Assembly: GCA_028289815.1 (NCBI GenBank)
Contig: JAPYNQ010000081.1
Coordinates: 24,577 to 88,576 of the forward strand
DNA: 64,000 bases
Source of the DNA: Gammaproteobacteria bacterium
GTDB lineage: Bacteria > Pseudomonadota > Gammaproteobacteria > JAJDYQ01
Direction: 5' to 3'
Part shown: positions 58,401 through 64,000 of the stretch, one piece after another
Layout: each line of letters opens with the position of its first letter
How positions within the stretch are numbered: the stretch's first letter is position 1
The notes under the pieces: model-generated
Told to the model about the DNA's origin: nothing
What the model saw: the letters and a program-made list of their open reading frames with translations, nothing else
Databases searched by the model: none
Program-made: the position numbers and the translations under genes

Positions 58401-60763
58401 ACGCCTCTGATGCATCGCAGCTGGCCAATGTGTTTGACCGGATATTCGGTGAGGTGTTGTCTTCGTCGACCACTTTTTCATCGCCGGCAATTACGACCAA
58501 TTTCTTTAACCGTACCCGCAGTCGGGACGAGATTTACTTCGGTTTGTTTACCCCCAAACTGGAAAAGAGATGGGACGGCAATGTCAAGCGATTCCGGGTT
58601 TGTGTCGATGACAATACGATCGATCCTGTATCCGGCCAGTCTTGCACTGCCGCCCAAGTGGAAGAAACCGCTATTCTGGATCAGCGCGGCAATGATGCGG
58701 TGGATCCGGCCACACTGCTGTTTGTCGATAGCTCCGAGAGCTATTGGAGCTCCGGACCGGATGGCAGCAGTACGGTGGCTGGCGGTGCCGGTGCTGAGGT
58801 GACGGACTATACTGCCCGAACCTTCTACACAGATGAGGATAGTTCAGGCTTTCCGTCCACACTACCGGTAGCACTCAATGTCACCGGTTTCACCTTCGAC
58901 AGTACGAATTGGAATTCCACCGATATCGACCATGTTCGTGCTCTGGTTTGTAATGATCCGACCCTGCTCAATCCCGGTGACGAGTGCTACAACAAGATGC
59001 TCTGGCTTCTGGGTCGGGATATCACCGATGAGGACAGCGATGGGGATACTATCGAGACGCGCTGGGGCATGGGCGATATTGTGCATGCCAGCCCGGTGGT
59101 CATTACCTACGGCTTTTCCGATACGGTGGTTGCTAACGGTCAGGTCGATCCCGGTGAAAGCCTGATTGACAAGTTGATTGTCAATACCAACGACGGCGGG
59201 ATGCGGATGGTCAATCCGGACGATGGTACCGAAGACTGGGTGTTCATGCCGACCGCTACCCTGCTCAATGTCGGCGAGCTCTACGATAATGACCAGGGGC
59301 AGCATTTGTACGGTCTGGATGCCACACCAGTGCTGCATCAGATGGATGTCAATAATGATGGGATTATTACCCCATCCGAGGGCGATTTTGTCCGTATTTA
59401 TCAGGTGATGCGCCGGGGCGGTCGGTTTGTGTATGCGCTTGATTTAACGCCCACAGCCCCGTTATCGGCATCATCGGATCCGATTACACCGAAGCTGTTA
59501 TGGCGCATCCAGGGCGGCACCGGTGATTATACCCGCATGGGTGATACCTGGTCTCGTCCGGTACTGGCCACCATCAACGTCCGAGATAATTTCGGCGACC
59601 TGAGTCCAAAGGACGTGCTCATCATGGGCGGCGGCTATGACAATGACCTGGATAATAACTTCGGAACCAGCAATGCCAATCCCAATCTCGGTAATGCCCT
59701 TTATATCATTGACCCGGATAACGGTGAGAAACTGCTCTCAATCAGTCATGCCCCATCTGGCGGTATTGCGTCGAGCGGTGCCGATATTCAGGTTCGGACA
59801 CCGCTGTTTCGGAACTCGATTACCGCCGGTATCAGCGTACTCAACAGTGACGGAGATCTGGGCAACATTGATGACCGGCTGTATTTTCCGGATACCGGCG
59901 GCAATGTCTGGCGAGTGGACCTTGGTGATGATATCCTGGCAGACGGTTCGGGGCTTTATACCGGCCCGTTGGCAGCAGGTGAAAACAAGACCATTATCGG
60001 TCGTGTGGCGGCATTGTCTGGCAATATGCCGGCGGGCGAGCGGCGTTTTTATCATGATCTGACGGCGGTACAGGTGATTGATACAGAGTATACCGACACG
60101 ACCACCGCCACCGATAATAACGAAGGCAGGCTGACCTATCTGCTGATGAGCAGTGGTTATCGTGCTCATCCGCTTGATGGTGTCGTGGAAGACCGTTTTT
60201 ATGCCCTCAGAGACAAGGTCATCGGTCATCTGATGGATAATCAGGGCAATGATCGTCTGGCCGATGGCGTAGGCTTTCGGTTTCCGATACAGGAAGCAGG
60301 CCTAGAATCGGTGACCACCCAGACACTCGATGATAGCACCCGAAATGCCGCAAGCCAGGCGCGTGTCCGTCGGGCTCGGGGCTGGTATCTGGATTTCCCC
60401 GACAGGGGAGAAAAAGGTTTAAGTACCATCACGGTACTGAGGGGGCAGGTCTTTTTTACCACATATGTCCCCGCAGATATGTCCATGCCGGGAAGCAATA
60501 TGCGTTGCTCGGCTGATATTGGCGAATCATTCGGCTATTCTATAAGTCTGGCGACCGGCGGTGCGGTGATTGACTGGGATCAGCTCGGTGGTCTGGATAT
60601 TACAGATCGAAGACGCTATCTCGGTGCCGGTCTGACCTCCGATCCCTTGCCGATTTTTACCGATGCCGGGGTTAAAATTATTACCGGTCTGCAGCAAAGC
60701 GTACAGGCACTGAGCGGATTTTTCAGTTCAAACGAACGTACATACTGGTATCAGGACAATTAA
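55424..60763 (+). CDS. pilY1: Type IV pilus tip adhesin/biogenesis factor PilY1. Oversized at 1779 aa, with an N-terminal vWA domain split by a roughly 830-aa insertion (three tandem modules plus flanking sequence) and a C-terminal PilY1 propeller.
   Basis: GTG start and a signal peptide. MIDAS VLFVLDTSDSM (aa 48-58), with the vWA fold resuming at NYTIFLTDGAPT (aa 891). The C-terminal domain has Ca-site-like loops (DVNNDGIITPSEGD; NSDGDLGNIDDRLYFPDTGGNVWRVD). Position between pilX and pilE. Confidence 0.88.
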   Translation: MNIQSRVFVQFLSGILTFWMPAVFTFLVADDTEIYFSGTGTAGDKPKVLFVLDTSDSMAYKVPRDEDGDGNLDDDGNGDIIDPTDPSRIEVLGNAMENLLTSLDNVRVGIMRMNGAQEPSSGGTSLACGLPMQRAANGETYDRRMRDTSHQGNTGRTSANSRNACYIPTGGTVLFPVADLDESVAGMSGGTPTVSSILVPISESNDDVAHIPGENIQFNNRLLQIAHQQCGAGTASYQSEVLTIADDADDVGQRPGQSLLEEVDVGGIGELFTGFRFQNLSQIPIGAYIEEAYMVFLSEGAQTDAVSVTIYGDISNNHNPPPYTPANGPQNRINGNPNNLASARVNWSDIVSVADNVGFRSPDITPIIQEIVRSGNWTPSRPISLLMDIDSGGGNRNIADRPSGGPPLGAAQLIVSYCVPGSPEDADIGLRFQNVRIPQGATITDADIVFTAGNQPTNPGFGNLRIWVDVNGNADPFSAAVPPGHVSRGLAISAQWPMPNLVGDRYITPSLTSLVQAVVNNPGDWCGGNDMAFVITGDAGSDLVRVVSSYDDDPARAPVLRVTYDTSGISGSDTGCNKVDYNIPVGSRFHDAEQRQNNSVLVSSGTFNLGNASEYGLIFSLPVEQGITVDEALLQFTVNQVNNNGPADFFVNAQNTGNAPDFSTMSDDIGSGRPRVRGGNGDNVEEVPRRTSVVVDDEFTLDVTSLVQDVIYRSDWTRDNQVALFVRGDNGIRRRVHSYDGDAVKAPRLLLRVEEEQSTLSTTTVRRRLLEINDSIDISSLLVWTPSVETLYESALYWRGKGVHFGRQRGAARLGTLTVPLHNGSMEIIDYTDSMHKTVTSHPDSWTGGTYDGGVGGTNCQFSNAPNCAQDQITGNPVYTSPISVDECASNYTIFLTDGAPTLTNQDTEDRIIAEFPEISACEANDPSINAQDQNGRCAVEMARAMANNDQDGDATNGEQTVRTYTVAFNLQDNDATNWLAQIANAGGGQFYNASDASQLANVFDRIFGEVLSSSTTFSSPAITTNFFNRTRSRDEIYFGLFTPKLEKRWDGNVKRFRVCVDDNTIDPVSGQSCTAAQVEETAILDQRGNDAVDPATLLFVDSSESYWSSGPDGSSTVAGGAGAEVTDYTARTFYTDEDSSGFPSTLPVALNVTGFTFDSTNWNSTDIDHVRALVCNDPTLLNPGDECYNKMLWLLGRDITDEDSDGDTIETRWGMGDIVHASPVVITYGFSDTVVANGQVDPGESLIDKLIVNTNDGGMRMVNPDDGTEDWVFMPTATLLNVGELYDNDQGQHLYGLDATPVLHQMDVNNDGIITPSEGDFVRIYQVMRRGGRFVYALDLTPTAPLSASSDPITPKLLWRIQGGTGDYTRMGDTWSRPVLATINVRDNFGDLSPKDVLIMGGGYDNDLDNNFGTSNANPNLGNALYIIDPDNGEKLLSISHAPSGGIASSGADIQVRTPLFRNSITAGISVLNSDGDLGNIDDRLYFPDTGGNVWRVDLGDDILADGSGLYTGPLAAGENKTIIGRVAALSGNMPAGERRFYHDLTAVQVIDTEYTDTTTATDNNEGRLTYLLMSSGYRAHPLDGVVEDRFYALRDKVIGHLMDNQGNDRLADGVGFRFPIQEAGLESVTTQTLDDSTRNAASQARVRRARGWYLDFPDRGEKGLSTITVLRGQVFFTTYVPADMSMPGSNMRCSADIGESFGYSISLATGGAVIDWDQLGGLDITDRRRYLGAGLTSDPLPIFTDAGVKIITGLQQSVQALSGFFSSNERTYWYQDN
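56024..57682 (+). repeat. Three tandem, divergent protein modules of about 145-215 aa inside the PilY1 vWA domain (protein-level repeat)
   Basis: The pattern recurs three times:
- (1) FTGFRFQNLSQIPIGAYIEEAYMVFLS ... SPDITPIIQEIVRSGNWTPSRPISLLM ... AQLIVSY
- (2) IGLRFQNVRIPQGATITDADIVFTA ... TPSLTSLVQAVVNNPGDWCGGNDMAFVITGD ... APVLRVTY
- (3) YGLIFSLPVEQGITVDEALLQFTV ... LDVTSLVQDVIYRSDWTRDNQVALFVRGD ... APRLLLRV. Confidence 0.55.
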
Positions 60764-60790
60764 ATTTATTCTTGAGAGAGGATATCCCGA

Positions 60791-61261
60791 GTGAAAGCCA
60801 TATTTCCCTTTGAATCGATCTGTATCAATCGTAGTCGCGGCTTTACCCTGGTTGAGCTGATGATTGTGATGGTTGTTATCGGCCTGCTGACCGCAATCGG
60901 CTATCCAAGTTACACTGCCTATCTTGATCGCAGCAAAAGGGCAGAAGGCAAGGCGTTTCTTTTAGAGACCGCCCATCGTATGGAGCGTTTTTATTCCGAT
61001 TGTAACAAGTATCCACTCAGGCTCGGGACGGCGAATAATTGTACCACTAACACAATCAATGCCCCGTCCAAAAGTCCAAACGGTCACTATCGCGTGTTTG
61101 TGACCCAAAATGCTGGTCTTGGTTTTCCTAATTTTACTTTGTCGGGGAGGCCGAATAATTGGACAGATAATGATTGTAGAGTATTGACTCTTGACAGCCA
61201 GGGAGAACGTGGTCGTCGAGGTACGGGAGGCAAGACAGCAGAAGAATGTTGGGGTAAATAA
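60791..61261 (+). CDS. pilE: Type IV pilin-like protein PilE (minor pilin)
   Basis: GFTLVELMIVMVVIGLLTAIGYPSYTAYLDRSKRAEGKAFLLE is the typical PilE N-terminus. GTG start, exact position uncertain. Confidence 0.8.
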   Translation: MKAIFPFESICINRSRGFTLVELMIVMVVIGLLTAIGYPSYTAYLDRSKRAEGKAFLLETAHRMERFYSDCNKYPLRLGTANNCTTNTINAPSKSPNGHYRVFVTQNAGLGFPNFTLSGRPNNWTDNDCRVLTLDSQGERGRRGTGGKTAEECWGK

Positions 61262-61307
61262 CATAACAGCCTGCAACCGATTACTTCGTCGACCGTATCG
61301 TTCACTT

Positions 61308-62015
61308 ATGTCCGAAATATTGCTGCAGGTTCGGCGGGTTGGTGCAGCTTGTTTGCGTGCCCTAGCAGCAGCCCTGGTTTTTTCATTCTTCTGGGCTGTG
61401 CCCGTATTATCTCAAAGTACGAGTAATGAGCAGCTTGCACAGGCCGATATTATACTGGCAAAGATCGTCTCCGGGCGGGCATCCTTAAGCGATATCAAGT
61501 CCGGCTTGAGCGTGGGAAAACCCGGTGATACGGCCAATCTTCTGCATGCACTTCATACCATGCGTGATAGCCTGATAGTCACAAAACTTTTGCACGCAAT
61601 CTGGTACCAGAGACACGACCTGCACCCGGATATCCCCTGGGAACGCCTTGAATTACCACTGGTGCGGGTTGCATTGGCTTCTACCCTCAACCGCACCTTC
61701 GGCAGCAATACCGCGGAATTTCTTGACTACATTCGCGAGCAGCGGGACAACGAAATTTTTCTGGTACGTTCACAAGTGGCTGTTGCCCTTGGAATGAATG
61801 GCGACCCGCAGGATATTGATACGCTTGCCGGCTATGTATCGGACAAAAGCGACCATGTTGCCAAGAGTGCTATCACCGGGTTGGCCTTTATGTACAATGC
61901 CAAGGCTAGGGAAGAGCTTATCCATCTGCTTGAGCTGCAAAGCGATAACGATAAAAGGGCGCGCCTGATACGGAAGGCATTGTTACATACCTATAGCTGG
62001 GCGGAAAATCAGTAA
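61308..62015 (+). CDS. Hypothetical secreted protein with HEAT/ARM-like helical repeats
   Basis: I placed the start at the ATG at 61308 (signal peptide AACLRALAAALVFSFFWAVPVLSQ). The C-terminal half has the pattern VRSQVAVALGMNGDPQDIDTLAGYVSDKSDHVAKSAITGLAFMYNAKAREELIHLLE, reminiscent of HEAT repeats. Confidence 0.5.
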   Translation: MSEILLQVRRVGAACLRALAAALVFSFFWAVPVLSQSTSNEQLAQADIILAKIVSGRASLSDIKSGLSVGKPGDTANLLHALHTMRDSLIVTKLLHAIWYQRHDLHPDIPWERLELPLVRVALASTLNRTFGSNTAEFLDYIREQRDNEIFLVRSQVAVALGMNGDPQDIDTLAGYVSDKSDHVAKSAITGLAFMYNAKAREELIHLLELQSDNDKRARLIRKALLHTYSWAENQ

Positions 62016-62055
62016 ATCTACCGATCGCTGAAAATATTGCACACCGGTCACCACG

Positions 62056-62892
62056 TCACGGCTTTTGTCGTTTTCCGTCTCGTCGTTTATCTTTTTCTAT
62101 CAATGCGTAAGCCGAATGGTTGTGGATGGACTCGAAGTTTTCTGACTCGACCACGTATCGAATAACCCGACTATCTCTGTTCAGCCTGGCGGCAACATCG
62201 CGCACCATATCCTCGACAAATTTGGGATTGTCATAGGCGCGCTCGGTGACATGTTTTTCGTCGGGCCGTTTGAGCAGGCCATAGAGCTCGCAGGATGCTT
62301 CCTGTTCGACGATGTCAATGATCTCCTCTATCCAGATAAAGTCCTTCGCGCAGATGTCAACCGTGACATGCGAGCGCTGATTGTGGGCACCGTAGTCAGA
62401 TATTTTTTTTGAGCACGGACACAGGCTGGTCACGGGCACAACGACTTTTACATTGACGCAGATTTCACCGTCCAGCTTGGCGCCGTTGAATGTAACTTCA
62501 TAATCCATGAGGCTTTCCACGCCGGAAACCGGGGCTTTCTTGCTGATGAAATAGGGGAACGTCATCTCGATGTGACCGGATTCTGCCTCCAGCAGATCCG
62601 TCATCTCATGCAGCATGTCTTTGAAGGACCGGACTGTAATCTCACGTTCATGCTGATTAAGTATGCTGACAAAGCGCGACATATGGGTACCTTTGAAATG
62701 CTTTGGCAAGTCAACATACATATTGAAGTTGGCGATGGTATGTTGCTCTCCGCCGGATCGATCTCTAACCCTGACGGGGTGTCGGATGTCCTTGATGCCA
62801 ACCTTGTCAATGGCAATCTGCCGGGTGTCTGCGCTCTGCTGCACATCTGCAATGCTGGGCAGGTCGTCTTGGGCTGTTATGGCACTATCCAT
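62056..62892 (-). CDS. folE2: GTP cyclohydrolase I type 2 (FolE2 / GTP cyclohydrolase IB)
   Basis: 278-aa [36 protein letters not shown] and [16 protein letters not shown] motifs are typical of FolE2. Confidence 0.92.
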   Translation of the reverse strand: MDSAITAQDDLPSIADVQQSADTRQIAIDKVGIKDIRHPVRVRDRSGGEQHTIANFNMYVDLPKHFKGTHMSRFVSILNQHEREITVRSFKDMLHEMTDLLEAESGHIEMTFPYFISKKAPVSGVESLMDYEVTFNGAKLDGEICVNVKVVVPVTSLCPCSKKISDYGAHNQRSHVTVDICAKDFIWIEEIIDIVEQEASCELYGLLKRPDEKHVTERAYDNPKFVEDMVRDVAARLNRDSRVIRYVVESENFESIHNHSAYALIEKDKRRDGKRQKP

Positions 62893-62970
62893 AAATTACT
62901 GCTCGTTGTGAAGTTTCGGGAAATGTCCTGGTCGCCTGTTAAATGATTAAGCCTCAGGGTTGCCAGCATA

Positions 62971-64000
62971 TTAAAGTGCGGCAGAGTTGGCAATTGGATC
63001 GGCCTGATGCCTTTGCAGGAAGGCTTCTATGCCGTCCGGGTCAAGCTGACACTCAGCCAGCTGCTCTTCCCTCTCCGCGTGTTCAATGTGCCGGTCCGGT
63101 AATCCATGCCGGATGAGCGGGGTATTGATCTCGCTGAGGTTCAGAAATTCAGCCACGCCACTGCCAGCACCACCTGTGATGCTGTTTTCTTCAATAGTAA
63201 CCAGGATATCATGGGTTGTAGCCATGTCACGGATCAGGTCTTCATCAAGCGGCTTGACGAAGCGCATATCGACCAGGGTGGCATCGAAGCGTTCGGCGGC
63301 CTGACGGGCAGCTGCAACCATGGTGCCGAAGGCCAGTATCGCCATACGGTGTCCCTGACGAATGATTTTGGCTCTGCCGATTGGCAAGCTGCCAAGTTTA
63401 GTCTGGATATTAGTGCCTGGTCCTCTGCCACGCGGATAGCGTACAGCCGCAGGGCCTTGGTATCGAAAGCCGGTTGTCAGCATTTTGCGGCATTGATCTT
63501 CATTTGAGGGGGCCATGATAACTATGTTTGGCAAGCAACGCATGAATGAATAATCGAAAGCACCGCCGTGGGTTGGTCCGTCCGGGCCGACGACACCTGC
63601 ACGGTCAATGGCAAGCAGGATATCAAGATTTTGTATGGTCACGTCGTGTACAAGCTGGTCGTAGGCCCTCTGCAGAAAAGTCGAATAGATGGCTACTACA
63701 GGCTTCATGCCGTCACATGCCATGCCGGCAGCAAAAATCAGTGCATGTTGTTCCGCGATGGCGACATCGTAGTAGCGTTCCGGGAAAATTTCAGAGAATT
63801 TCACCAAGCCGGAACCCTCGCGCATTGCCGGTGTAATGCCAATCAGTCTTTTGTCCTGAGCAGCCATATCACAGAGCCATTCGCCAAATATCTGGGTATA
63901 GGTTGGTGACGATGCACCTGCTGATTTTTTTATGCCGGTATCCGGGTCGAATGGTGTAACACCGTGGTAAGTAACCGGGTTTTCTTCAGCCGGTATGTAT
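62971..64000 (-). CDS. dxs: 1-deoxy-D-xylulose-5-phosphate synthase. C-terminal portion only; the 5' end lies beyond the window.
   Basis: The frame stays open upstream of the track's Met to position 64000 (..[18 protein letters not shown]...[50 protein letters not shown]). This is the typical Dxs transketolase-like pyrimidine-binding and C-terminal domains. Confidence 0.95.
   Translation of the reverse strand, partial: YIPAEENPVTYHGVTPFDPDTGIKKSAGASSPTYTQIFGEWLCDMAAQDKRLIGITPAMREGSGLVKFSEIFPERYYDVAIAEQHALIFAAGMACDGMKPVVAIYSTFLQRAYDQLVHDVTIQNLDILLAIDRAGVVGPDGPTHGGAFDYSFMRCLPNIVIMAPSNEDQCRKMLTTGFRYQGPAAVRYPRGRGPGTNIQTKLGSLPIGRAKIIRQGHRMAILAFGTMVAAARQAAERFDATLVDMRFVKPLDEDLIRDMATTHDILVTIEENSITGGAGSGVAEFLNLSEINTPLIRHGLPDRHIEHAEREEQLAECQLDPDGIEAFLQRHQADPIANSAAL

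Noticed and set aside
62893-62970. Looked for a Zur box upstream of folE2, which is Zur-regulated in several bacteria
   Set aside because: No GAAATGTTATAATATAACATTTC-like palindrome is present. The 78-nt gap after dxs suggests co-transcription instead.

Overview
This is a chromosomal segment from a Gram-negative, gammaproteobacterium-like genome. Gene order follows several classical enterobacterial/pseudomonad blocks. Most of the window is housekeeping:
- an SSF-domain sensor kinase plus acs
- an EamA transporter
- zapA with a 6S-RNA-like locus, facing ygfB-pepP-ubiH-ubiI
- the glycine cleavage genes gcvT-gcvH-gcvPA-(tpx)-gcvPB
- dgkA and a PfkB-family kinase
- a porin, trxB and ald
- ftsK-lolA-rarA-crcB-serS
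- malate synthase G
- an RND efflux pair
- tRNA-Leu(CAG)
- rnr-rlmB
- an RND-superfamily exporter
- thiL-pgpA
- the type IV pilus minor-pilin operon fimU-pilV-pilW-pilX-pilY1-pilE
- folE2 and the 3' part of dxs

The most interesting region is a visibly AT-rich two-gene islet at 33.75-35.3 kb. It encodes a DarT-like (DUF4433-type) ADP-ribosyltransferase, translationally coupled to a 299-aa partner. The partner has no macrodomain motifs and ends in a coiled coil plus a C-terminal transmembrane anchor. I read this as a candidate non-canonical DarT toxin-antitoxin or anti-phage module.

Other notable points:
- pilY1 is 1779 aa, with three tandem modules inserted into its vWA domain.
- Three accessory genes are each broken by a single lesion: comEA (frameshift), a NucS-like/DUF5655 gene (in-frame TGA), and a P/Y-rich then W/N-rich secreted low-complexity ORF pair (in-frame TAG).
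- A consensus-like LexA box lies upstream of comEA.
- tpx is inserted between gcvPA and gcvPB.
- A CrbS/CbrA-type kinase sits directly downstream of acs.
- A possible group II intron 5' fragment lies upstream of acs.

No CRISPR array, rRNA, transposase or integrase was seen. All calls come from reading the sequence and the ORF track. No database search was run.
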